This document shows, piece by piece, positions 38,700-47,696 of a stretch of 64,000 bases of DNA (position 1 is the first letter of the stretch; each line of letters begins with the position of its first letter). The notes beneath the pieces were generated by a model, which did not search any database, had not been told where the DNA came from, and saw only the letters and a program-made list of their open reading frames with translations. Where the stretch lies: IMG/VR virus record IMGVR_UViG_3300027798_000013. The stretch is one strand, 5' to 3'. The stretch is from a virus. Its lineage: Duplodnaviria; Heunggongvirae; Uroviricota; Caudoviricetes. The position numbers were made by a program, and so were the translations under genes.

Positions 38700-39061
38700 T
38701 GACTAATCCGTTTCGTGATCAAGAAAAATTTATGCGGGCTTGCGACCAAACAGTTGGGGGCGAGTTTGATGAAGATCAATTTAATTTGTATGTTACATTG
38801 ATTGAAGAAGAATGCAATGAACTTGCTGATGCTATTCAAGCGCATGATCAAGTAGAAACACTGGATGCTCTTATTGACATTTTGGTTGTTACCATTGGTG
38901 CTATTCATAGCATGGGCAGTGATGCTGAAGGTGCATGGAAAGAAGTAATGAGTACAAACTTTGCTAAAATTGGTGAAGATGGCAAAGTACGTAAGCGTGA
39001 AGATGGCAAAGTATTGAAGCCGATTGGTTGGGTTCCGCCTGATCTAAAATCGTTTGTATAA
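38699..39061 (+). CDS. MazG-like nucleoside triphosphate pyrophosphohydrolase
   Basis: EECNELADAI...DALIDILVV, an EExxE...D helical pair typical of the MazG/HisE all-alpha NTP-PPase fold. Confidence 0.65.
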   Translation: MTNPFRDQEKFMRACDQTVGGEFDEDQFNLYVTLIEEECNELADAIQAHDQVETLDALIDILVVTIGAIHSMGSDAEGAWKEVMSTNFAKIGEDGKVRKREDGKVLKPIGWVPPDLKSFV

Positions 39062-39071
39062 GGAATAAAAA

Positions 39072-39908
39072 ATGAGATCGCATTATTGGACTATTGGAAA
39101 ATTTTCAGACTGGCTTCGCGGCACACCCAAGCTCAAGTGTGGCACTAGCGAAGAATGGGATGCCTGGTATAAGACTGCTGAAAAAGCACATCCTATCCGT
39201 TACTGGATTGCCGAAGAAGGTCTAGACCACCTTCAAAAATTTGTTTACTACATACCGGACAAGCTAAATGACATACGCTATTATATTAACAATCGCTGGG
39301 TTACTCACAGCCATGCTCTTACCGCCCATCCTCGAGACATACAGCCGGGCAACTGGAGTGATGTGGGCAATCGCTTTCTTCCTTGTCTTTTCAATGAGCT
39401 TGTTAATTTTGTTGAAATAGAACAAGCGTGGCATCACTGCTTGTGGAGTGATGAAGCCAAGACCCAATTCAATGTGCCTTGGTACCGCACTGGTTGGCTA
39501 CGACTACGTACATGGCGCAGTCCAGAAGCCGGCATGGAATATTTGAAATGGGCCAGTGAACTCACTGTTGGCGAGGACATGGGTGCTGAACCTGGTAGCG
39601 AAGGATTTGGGGAACCGACCTGGCAAGCCAAAAGTGCTAAGGAAATTATTGAGCTTTACACTTGGTGGACTGTGACCTATCGCGCTCGTCCAGACCCGCA
39701 TAACGCCAGTGGCTGGAGTGCGTACTGTGAAGCAAGCCGTATTGCCAACGGCGGCAAACTAAGTTGGAGTAGTGACAAGAGCCCTGAACTCAAAGCCATG
39801 AGCGATGCCGCACACAAAAAGCTACAAGAAATCGAAGTGGCTTACGAAGCAGAAGATGAAGCCATGATGATTCGTCTTATCAAAATACGTCAAAGTCTTT
39901 GGACCTAA
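39072..39908 (+). CDS. hypothetical protein
   Basis: ORF track. Confidence 0.5.
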   Translation: MRSHYWTIGKFSDWLRGTPKLKCGTSEEWDAWYKTAEKAHPIRYWIAEEGLDHLQKFVYYIPDKLNDIRYYINNRWVTHSHALTAHPRDIQPGNWSDVGNRFLPCLFNELVNFVEIEQAWHHCLWSDEAKTQFNVPWYRTGWLRLRTWRSPEAGMEYLKWASELTVGEDMGAEPGSEGFGEPTWQAKSAKEIIELYTWWTVTYRARPDPHNASGWSAYCEASRIANGGKLSWSSDKSPELKAMSDAAHKKLQEIEVAYEAEDEAMMIRLIKIRQSLWT

Positions 39909-41308
39909 TGAAGGGCGATGAAGTAACTAACGTAAACGGCCGCTTTGAATCACATTACTTAAATGATTCGGAGTCGGTCTTTTCTGCCCTTAACAAAGTC
40001 AGCCCTAGTTTCTGTCTTGCCAAGTGGTACAATGTCAGCATACACATACCCACAGGTCGCACACACAGTTGTTATCATCCGCCCACACATCAAATTCCTC
40101 TGAAGGAAATTGCTATTGATGTATCAGCACTACACAATACCAAATATAAAAAGAATCAGCGTAAACTCATGCTGAAAGGTGAGCGGCCGATCGAGTGCGG
40201 ATTTTGCTGGCAAATTGAAGACAGCGGCACACAACTAAGTGACAGAGCTTATCGTAGCAAGGATGTGTATGAGCCTGGCTTGATAGAAGAAGCGCAGTTG
40301 GTAGAGAATCCTAATCCACGTTATGTGGAAGTAAACTTTAATCAAGCCTGTAACTTGAAATGTAGTTATTGCTCTCCGCACCTAAGCACAGAGTGGAACA
40401 AGGAAATAGACCGACACGGGCCTTACTTGTTAGCAGACAATAAAACACACAACGACACACAATGGATGCGGAATCAAAACATGGTTCCCAACAACAGTTT
40501 AGACAATCCATACTTGTTAGCTTTTTGGGAATGGTTACCACAGATATATCCCACACTACACACCTTCCGCATGACTGGCGGCGAACCTTTGATGGACAAG
40601 AATACATTCCGTATGTTTGATTACGTTAAAGAACACCCAAGCGAGCGGTTACATCTAAGCATCACATCAAACTGTTGTCCACCTAAAGGACAATGGACTA
40701 AGTTCATGACCAGCTTGAAAGAGATTACAGATACGGATGCTGTTAATCACTTTATGTTGTTCTGTAGTTTAGACTCGTGGGGTGCTCAAGCAGAGTATAT
40801 TCGTAATGGTTTAGACTTCTGTACCCTATATACTAACATAACTGACTACTTGAAGAACAGTAGCAAACACAGTCTTACCTTTATTATCACATTCAATGCC
40901 CTGAGCTATACTGGCTTTGTTAAGTACATTGAGAACATACATAAATTAAGACAAGAATACAACACAGATAGACAGCTGATCTGGTTTGACATTCCTATGC
41001 TGAATGACCCTATGTGGATGAATCCCAAACTGCTACCTAACATGGTGTCTGAATTAGAACGTGCTATAGATTTTATGAAGGCAAATGAAGAAGGCGAACA
41101 CAATCGCTTTAAGGGTTTTAAAGATTTTGAAATCAGCAAAGTACAACGCCTGATTGACTGGGTAAAGAGTGACAGCAAGTTTGACAGAGCCACAGCAATG
41201 AAGAACTTTTATCTATTCTTTAGCCAGCATGATGAACGCAGGGGAACAAGTTTTTTAAATACATTCCCCGAACTAACAGACTTTTGGAACACTTGTGAAA
41301 AGACCTAA
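39899..41308 (+). CDS. radical SAM enzyme, tandem paralog 1 of 4
   Basis: CNLKCSYCSP core. N-terminus SPSFCLAKWYN...SCYHPPTH...ECGFCWQIED. Confidence 0.8.
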   Translation: MDLMKGDEVTNVNGRFESHYLNDSESVFSALNKVSPSFCLAKWYNVSIHIPTGRTHSCYHPPTHQIPLKEIAIDVSALHNTKYKKNQRKLMLKGERPIECGFCWQIEDSGTQLSDRAYRSKDVYEPGLIEEAQLVENPNPRYVEVNFNQACNLKCSYCSPHLSTEWNKEIDRHGPYLLADNKTHNDTQWMRNQNMVPNNSLDNPYLLAFWEWLPQIYPTLHTFRMTGGEPLMDKNTFRMFDYVKEHPSERLHLSITSNCCPPKGQWTKFMTSLKEITDTDAVNHFMLFCSLDSWGAQAEYIRNGLDFCTLYTNITDYLKNSSKHSLTFIITFNALSYTGFVKYIENIHKLRQEYNTDRQLIWFDIPMLNDPMWMNPKLLPNMVSELERAIDFMKANEEGEHNRFKGFKDFEISKVQRLIDWVKSDSKFDRATAMKNFYLFFSQHDERRGTSFLNTFPELTDFWNTCEKT

Positions 41309-42644
41309 CGAAACCGATTTAGAATATAAAAAACGTGTACTGGATGCTATTAGCCCCAGCTTCTGCGGAGCCAAGTGGTACAATGCCACTATCTGGCTTG
41401 GATCAGGGCAAACAACAAGTTGTCATCATCCGCCTGCACATAAAGCAGACATACAAATAGTTAAATTTAATCCCAAGGCAATTCATAACACTCCCCAGAA
41501 GAAAGAAGATCGCCGTAAGATGTTGGCTGGAGAACGTCCTTCAGGGTGTGAGTACTGCTGGAAGATTGAAGATATGGGTGTGGACGCTGTAAGTGACAGA
41601 CCTTACAAGAGTATGACATACACCGAAGAAGCATTGCTGGAAGCAACAAGAACTCCAGTGGACCAGGATGTGGATTTGCAAACACTTGAAATAGCATTTG
41701 ACCGTACTTGTCAGTTTGCTTGTAGTTATTGTAACCCAGCGTTCAGTACAACATGGGTTAAAGATATTAAGAAGAACGGTCCTTATGTTAATCTAGTCAC
41801 AGATGGTCGTGGACATTTTACTCATGTACACGAAAACGATCAGTTGTTTGACTTTCATGAAGAGAATCCGTATATTGAAGCATTTTTTAAATGGTGGGAA
41901 AGTGACCTACACCGCACACTGAAAGAGTTACGCATCACAGGTGGCGAGCCCTTGATGAGTGGGCACACTTGGAAGTTGTTTGATTGGTTTAAAGCAAACA
42001 AAAATAAGAGTACATGTCAGCTAGCCATTAATAGTAATTTGGGATTCGGGCAAGATGTAGTACAACGTATGCTAGACAGTACTGACGGTGTTAAGATGAT
42101 GCTGTATACCAGCAATGAAAGTGTAGGGCCACATGCTGAATACATTCGTGACGGATTGGAATGGAGTCAATGGATCAGTAATATGGAATTCTTGCTTAAA
42201 GCAGAACGTATGCGTCTAAGTGTTATGATGACTATTAACGCATTATGCTTGGAAAGTTTGCCTGAGATGTTGGATCAAGTAATGGCTTGGAAGAAGACGT
42301 ATGGACAATGGCACATTAACTTTAGTCTTAACATACTGCGTTTTCCAAGTTTCCAAAGTGCATTAACTTTGCCGGATCACGTTAGACAAGAATATAATAA
42401 ACGTCTTGCTGAGTGGTATGAACTTAATCGTGGCAATCCGGATTTGAATAACTTTGAAAAGAGTAATATTGAACGTTTGATAGATTACTTAGACATTGTT
42501 AAAACTCCACACGGTGAGGGTTATGTACAAGCCACAGCACAAAAAGATTTCAAACAATTTTACGAACAATATGATGTTCGTAGAGGAAAAGATTTCCGTA
42601 AAACATTTAGCCCCATGCTTGTAGAATGGTATGAATCTATTTAA
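41295..42644 (+). CDS. radical SAM enzyme, tandem paralog 2 of 4
   Basis: CQFACSYCNP. N-terminus SPSFCGAKWYN...SCHHPPAH...CEYCWKIED. Confidence 0.8.
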   Translation: MKRPNETDLEYKKRVLDAISPSFCGAKWYNATIWLGSGQTTSCHHPPAHKADIQIVKFNPKAIHNTPQKKEDRRKMLAGERPSGCEYCWKIEDMGVDAVSDRPYKSMTYTEEALLEATRTPVDQDVDLQTLEIAFDRTCQFACSYCNPAFSTTWVKDIKKNGPYVNLVTDGRGHFTHVHENDQLFDFHEENPYIEAFFKWWESDLHRTLKELRITGGEPLMSGHTWKLFDWFKANKNKSTCQLAINSNLGFGQDVVQRMLDSTDGVKMMLYTSNESVGPHAEYIRDGLEWSQWISNMEFLLKAERMRLSVMMTINALCLESLPEMLDQVMAWKKTYGQWHINFSLNILRFPSFQSALTLPDHVRQEYNKRLAEWYELNRGNPDLNNFEKSNIERLIDYLDIVKTPHGEGYVQATAQKDFKQFYEQYDVRRGKDFRKTFSPMLVEWYESI

Positions 42645-43950
42645 TTGGTTTAAACCCAAGGATCCTGCAAAGAAATATTTTTACTTTAAAGAAGAAAAAA
42701 TGGATCCTGTTAGCCCTACATTTTGTGGGGCTAAATGGTTTGAAAGTACTATATGGCTGTATCAGGGAACTACTGCCAGTTGTCATCATAACCCGTTCCA
42801 TAAGATACAGTTGGATCAAAACGATCCTGGCTCTTTACATAACACTCCTGTCAAATTAAAAGAACGTATAGACATGTTGGCAGGCGGCAAGCCAACCAAT
42901 TGTAGTTATTGCTGGAATGCGGAAGCTAATGGAACACTGAGTGATCGTGTGATAAAAACTAACAGCGTACCTACAAAAATATTTAAACGTTGGTTTCAAA
43001 GTAAACCGCTGGTTGTTACTCCTACACTTTTAGAAATTGCTTTTGAACGTACTTGTAATTTGGCCTGTGCATATTGTGGGCCAAGTTTTAGTAGCAAATG
43101 GGCAAGTGATATAAAGAAGCGCGGTCCGTATGTAAACTTGATAACAGACAGTCGTTACAACACCGACTCTGGTAATGATGTTATAGATAACGATCATAAT
43201 CCATACACTGAATCATTTTTTAAATGGTGGCCTCTCATAGAACGTGATTTGAACTGTTTACGCATCACAGGTGGTGAGCCGTTAATGAGTCCAAATTTTT
43301 GGCGCTGTTTGGATATGTTTAAAAAATTCAAAGGCACATTAATAGTCAACACTAATTTGATTTGCTACAAGGATGAACTTCAGTCTCTACTGAACAAAAC
43401 CCGTAAGGTAGAATTACGCATACACACCAGTATGGAAAGCAATCTAGACCAAGCTGAATATGTTAGGGATGGTTTTGATAAAACAGTATGGTTAGCCAAC
43501 GTACATTTTATATTACATCATAGACGTGTTATGCTAAATGTCACCACTGCCATTAATAATATGGCTGTTTGGAGTTTTATCGATTATCTGAAACTCATGC
43601 GTGAGTTAAAGACTAAGTACGGAAAGAAGCGTGTGGAGATCAATTGTAACTTTGTACATTACCCTGCGTTTATGCGTGTACAAATGATTCCCGCCGCACA
43701 GCGTAGGATACTAGCCGATGAAGTCAATAATTGGTTCGTGTTGAATAAAAAACTGCTTAACGATAAAGAACAACAGCACATATTGCGATTCATAAGTACT
43801 ATGGATGCAGGCTGGATTGATCAAGATTACGAAATTAAAGATGCGTACAATGATTTGAAGAACTTCATTGTGCAATATGACACCCGTAGAGGAAAGAATT
43901 TTAGACATGCCTTGGATAAAAGATTTGTTGAGTGGTACGATGGACTCTAA
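42631..43950 (+). CDS. radical SAM enzyme, tandem paralog 3 of 4
   Basis: CNLACAYCGP. N-terminus SPTFCGAKWFE...SCHHNPFH...CSYCWNAEA. The start may instead be the ATG at 42700. Confidence 0.8.
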   Translation: MNLFNWFKPKDPAKKYFYFKEEKMDPVSPTFCGAKWFESTIWLYQGTTASCHHNPFHKIQLDQNDPGSLHNTPVKLKERIDMLAGGKPTNCSYCWNAEANGTLSDRVIKTNSVPTKIFKRWFQSKPLVVTPTLLEIAFERTCNLACAYCGPSFSSKWASDIKKRGPYVNLITDSRYNTDSGNDVIDNDHNPYTESFFKWWPLIERDLNCLRITGGEPLMSPNFWRCLDMFKKFKGTLIVNTNLICYKDELQSLLNKTRKVELRIHTSMESNLDQAEYVRDGFDKTVWLANVHFILHHRRVMLNVTTAINNMAVWSFIDYLKLMRELKTKYGKKRVEINCNFVHYPAFMRVQMIPAAQRRILADEVNNWFVLNKKLLNDKEQQHILRFISTMDAGWIDQDYEIKDAYNDLKNFIVQYDTRRGKNFRHALDKRFVEWYDGL

Positions 43951-45136
43951 CTGGTACTGTAAATTACCCTGGACTGGATTCAGTAATGACCCAGACGGCA
44001 AAGCACGGCCCTGTTGCCTGTACAAGGATCACATCAAAGACGATGCTGGTCAGATAATGTATGTGCAAACCAGCTCAGTCAAGGAGATATTCTCCAGCAA
44101 ATACATGAAGGATTTACGACAGCAGTTTCGTGACGGTGCCAAACCCAGTGCTTGCGAAACTTGTATTGTTGACGAACAGAACAACTACACAAGCAAGCGT
44201 CAACGTCACATTGAAGGTGATTTTTATTTTTTACCGGACTATACTAAAGAGCCAGAATTCCCAGTAGAGTATCAAATGATACTGAGCAATGCCTGTAACT
44301 TGAAATGTCGTAGCTGTACGCCGAGTCATAGCAGTTTGTGGCAAGCTGAACACAAAGTTATCTGGGGTAATACTGGTTACAAAATGCCCGAAGGACAGAG
44401 TGGCGAAAACGACAGCGTGTTATGGAACAAGCGTAGTGAGTGGATGCCCAGTGTTGCTAGATTAGAAATTGTAGGCGGTGAGCCTTTTTACATTAATCGT
44501 TGGAAGATACTGTGGCAGGAGTTTATTGAACAAGACTTGGCTAAGAATATCAACATGGATATTAGTACTAACTGCACTATCTATGCTGGAGATACAGTTG
44601 CAGATCTAGTAGAGAATTTTAGACACATTGGGCTCGGGCTTAGTGTTGACGGCATGGGCAAAGTATACAATTACTTAAGACATCCTGGCGAATGGGAAGA
44701 AGTCAAGGCCAATATGTTTGCCTATAACGACATGATTAAAACTATCAATCGCAGAAAAATAGGACCAAGCGTTAGCCATACTATTGGTTGGATCAATGCT
44801 TGGGAGTTACCAGAATTTCATACGTTTGTCAAAGATGAACTAGATGAATTTAAAATATGGAATAACATTATTCACTATCCGCCGCATATGGCAGTGTATA
44901 TGATTCCTGCCACACTTAAAGATCGTATTAAGGCCAAGTGGGCTACCTACGATTGGGGCAGATATAAAAACGACATCGCAGGCATTGTTAGTTTGATGTA
45001 TAGTCAACAGCCCAGTGATGATGAAATCAAACAAGCCTACAAAACATTCAAACAACACGATACTGTGCGTAATGAAAACTTGTTGGATATTTTGCCGGAA
45101 GAGATTGTGGAAGAGATCAGACCTTACTATGAATAG
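43940..45136 (+). CDS. radical SAM enzyme, tandem paralog 4 of 4 (large type)
   Basis: CNLKCRSCTP. N-terminus YCKLPW...PCCLY...ACETCIVDE. The track start lies 72 nt upstream inside the previous gene. Confidence 0.8.
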   Translation: MDSNWYCKLPWTGFSNDPDGKARPCCLYKDHIKDDAGQIMYVQTSSVKEIFSSKYMKDLRQQFRDGAKPSACETCIVDEQNNYTSKRQRHIEGDFYFLPDYTKEPEFPVEYQMILSNACNLKCRSCTPSHSSLWQAEHKVIWGNTGYKMPEGQSGENDSVLWNKRSEWMPSVARLEIVGGEPFYINRWKILWQEFIEQDLAKNINMDISTNCTIYAGDTVADLVENFRHIGLGLSVDGMGKVYNYLRHPGEWEEVKANMFAYNDMIKTINRRKIGPSVSHTIGWINAWELPEFHTFVKDELDEFKIWNNIIHYPPHMAVYMIPATLKDRIKAKWATYDWGRYKNDIAGIVSLMYSQQPSDDEIKQAYKTFKQHDTVRNENLLDILPEEIVEEIRPYYE

Positions 45137-45650
45137 AATTTGGATATTTGGAGATAGTTTTGCGTCAAGCTCTGATAGCAAATCATGGAGCAAGATGCTT
45201 GGTCCCAATGTTATTAATCTTGCCAGCAATGGTAGTAGCGAATATAGAATATGGAAAACATATCAACAGCACAAGATAAACATCAATCCCAGCGACCGTG
45301 TAATTTTTTGTCACACCAGTTTTAGCAGAGTATATCTAAAAAATACAGAGACTATATGGAGTAGATTACTACCAAGTCATCCATTGTGCGATTTAATCTT
45401 AGCAGATATACACGATAAAAAAGAAGATAAATTTATTAGTATTTTAAAACAAATATGGGATGAAATTTATTTCAAAGATACATACGAACTAATGTACAAG
45501 GATCTAACATCTGTACCTAACAGCATACATTTAAATTTTTTTGATAGCAGTTGCTACTACGATATATGGACCAGTAACCCTGGCAATATAAACCATATGG
45601 ACGATGCTGGTAATTGTATGGTATTAGAAAATATCTTAGAAGAATTATGA
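45129..45650 (+). CDS. SGNH/GDSL-like hydrolase, short form
   Basis: MNRIWIFGDSFASS (GDS block I), ASNGSS (block III). The ATG overlaps the upstream stop. Confidence 0.55.
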   Translation: MNRIWIFGDSFASSSDSKSWSKMLGPNVINLASNGSSEYRIWKTYQQHKININPSDRVIFCHTSFSRVYLKNTETIWSRLLPSHPLCDLILADIHDKKEDKFISILKQIWDEIYFKDTYELMYKDLTSVPNSIHLNFFDSSCYYDIWTSNPGNINHMDDAGNCMVLENILEEL

Positions 45651-46360
45651 GAATAATAGCATTTGGCAGTAGTCATACTACTGGATATAATTTGCAGGAT
45701 ATCAAAGGAGATACTGATGCTATTAGTAAATTTGCATATCCTCAGGTTGTTGCCAACGACTTAAAGTGTGAATGTATTAATCTAGCACGTACAGGAAATG
45801 GCTTAGATCAGATCTATACAGATGTATACGGATTTTTGCCTAGCAGTTTGCCCGATGACATACTACTTGTTCATTTACCAACAAACACAAGTTGGTTTAA
45901 ATTGATTACTTCTGAAAATGAAGCAATTAGTATAATTAAACCTGATAGCTTAGATCCTAAGGGTCGACAATTTAAGACAGCCTTAAATCAGTACTATGGT
46001 ATACTTACCGGCGACAATCATTTTAATCGATTATGGTATATAAATTTTTACAGTTTAATAAATTTATTACATTTTCATAAAAAGAAATTCATTTGGTTTA
46101 CCGATTCGTATTTGGATGTGTATGAAAAATTTGAGTATTACATGGACAATATGCCCAAGTGTACAGCTACAGAAATTGAGAAGATGAAATTGGCAACTCC
46201 TGATCCTAGTCAAAATCATTTGAAGGAAACATTTTCAGATTATTTAATTCGAAATTTTCCAGCAACTCAGATGTCTTGCGGCCACTATAACATTGACGGG
46301 CACGACATTTGGGCAAGAACTATTTTGGTTCCCTACATAAAAGAGCGGTTGACATCATGA
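45647..46360 (+). CDS. SGNH-like hydrolase family protein
   Basis: MRIIAFGSSHTTGY, RTGNGLDQ, DGHDIW (blocks I, III and V-like). ATGA coupling. Confidence 0.45.
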   Translation: MRIIAFGSSHTTGYNLQDIKGDTDAISKFAYPQVVANDLKCECINLARTGNGLDQIYTDVYGFLPSSLPDDILLVHLPTNTSWFKLITSENEAISIIKPDSLDPKGRQFKTALNQYYGILTGDNHFNRLWYINFYSLINLLHFHKKKFIWFTDSYLDVYEKFEYYMDNMPKCTATEIEKMKLATPDPSQNHLKETFSDYLIRNFPATQMSCGHYNIDGHDIWARTILVPYIKERLTS

Positions 46361-46384
46361 CCCAGAGACGCTATAATACATACA

Positions 46385-47614
46385 TTGTTAAACAAACAGG
46401 AGCAGAAATTGGCTACTAAAGCACCAGTAAAAAAGTCACGCATTACTAAGAAACAAGTAACCGCACATCGTACTCGTGCTGTCAAAGACTATAGCCCAGT
46501 TTGGGAAGGTTGCGAAACTTGGGACGCAGACACATTCCATCGTCATTTCAAACGCTCGATGGATTTCTATCGTTTAGAAAGTGACATTAAGAGTTACAAG
46601 CCTGCTGTTGCCAAGTGGATGGAAACTGTTGGTTGCGTCAAATCTGACATTACAGCGTTCAAAAAAGTAAAAGATTCGCGTGTTGGTACCACAATGGGTG
46701 CAGTGGCCTGCTGTTTGAATCGCGGTATGACTCCACACCGCGCTGACTTTAATCAAGGACGCGACACGGCCGCTTGGTTGCGAGCTGAGATTGTCAAAGT
46801 TATTGCTGAAGGCAAAAATGATGTTGACCCGGACGAAGTCAAAGCGGCTGAAGCGGCCAAACCATCGGTGTATGTTCCAACCATCCAAGAGCGGGTTAAA
46901 GAATCTGCCTACAGAATGACTGAAGAAATTGAAGATGCCATCGAAGGCTTCCAAACTGATCCAGAATCTTTTGATCCCAAAGCATTTAAGATGCTTAACT
47001 TGCTCAAAGGCAAAGAAGTCAAAGCCGCTCACGCAAGGATCATTAAAGGGTTCTACAGCAAGGATTTAGCTGAGCTGGAGGAGTTGGCATCCGGCGGTGC
47101 AGACGAACAGCTACGTGAGGGCTACAGCCACCGTACGAAGAAGCAAATCAAGAACTTGATTGCATTCTATCAAGAGATTATGAGTGCATGTGATATGCTG
47201 GCACAAGAAGCCAAAGTTAATCGTGCGCCACGTGCTAAGAAAGCAGTTCCAGCAGAAAAGATTGTTGCCAAACTCAAGTACATGAAGACCAACGAGCCTC
47301 TAAAACTTGTGAGTATTAACCCAGCTGACATTATTGGCACTAGCGAACTGTGGATCTTCAACACTAAAACACGCAAGTTGGGCAAGTATGTTGCTAAAGA
47401 GTTTAATGTGCTAGGTGTTAAAGGCACCACAATCACTGGATTTAATGAGAATACCAGTGTACAAAAGACTGTTCGCAAGCCTGAGGACAAGCTCAAGGAA
47501 TTCAAAGCCGCTGGCAAGGTACAGTTGCGTAAGTTCTTGGAAGATATCAACGCCACAGACACTCGAATGAACGGACGCATTAACGAAGATACTATCCTAC
47601 TCAAAGTAGCATAA
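46385..47614 (+). CDS. hypothetical protein with a basic N-terminus; start codon uncertain (TTG)
   Basis: Long ORF followed by a strong terminator. No ATG sits near the AGGAG site. Confidence 0.5.
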   Translation: MLNKQEQKLATKAPVKKSRITKKQVTAHRTRAVKDYSPVWEGCETWDADTFHRHFKRSMDFYRLESDIKSYKPAVAKWMETVGCVKSDITAFKKVKDSRVGTTMGAVACCLNRGMTPHRADFNQGRDTAAWLRAEIVKVIAEGKNDVDPDEVKAAEAAKPSVYVPTIQERVKESAYRMTEEIEDAIEGFQTDPESFDPKAFKMLNLLKGKEVKAAHARIIKGFYSKDLAELEELASGGADEQLREGYSHRTKKQIKNLIAFYQEIMSACDMLAQEAKVNRAPRAKKAVPAEKIVAKLKYMKTNEPLKLVSINPADIIGTSELWIFNTKTRKLGKYVAKEFNVLGVKGTTITGFNENTSVQKTVRKPEDKLKEFKAAGKVQLRKFLEDINATDTRMNGRINEDTILLKVA

Positions 47615-47618
47615 TTAG

Positions 47619-47653
47619 AAAGCCCAGGACTCCTGGGCTTTCTTTTGGCTTTT
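47619..47653 (+). terminator. rho-independent terminator
   Basis: AAAGCCCAG-GACTC-CTGGGCTTT hairpin followed by CTTTTGGCTTTT. Confidence 0.7.
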
Positions 47654-47670
47654 ATGTTTGTGTCTTTTGG

Positions 47671-47678
47671 TATAAATA
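47671..47678 (+). promoter_or_regulatory. TATAAATA motif (T4-type late-promoter-like) upstream of structural gene 47697
   Basis: Exact TATAAATA 19 nt before the ATG, between a terminator and an AAGGA RBS. Confidence 0.35.
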
Positions 47679-47696
47679 TACAAAAGGACTGCCTAC

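Noticed and set aside
46574-47604. Minus-strand ORFs of 152 and 144 aa antisense to gene 46385-47614
   Set aside because: Shadow ORFs within a + strand gene that ends in a strong + strand terminator.
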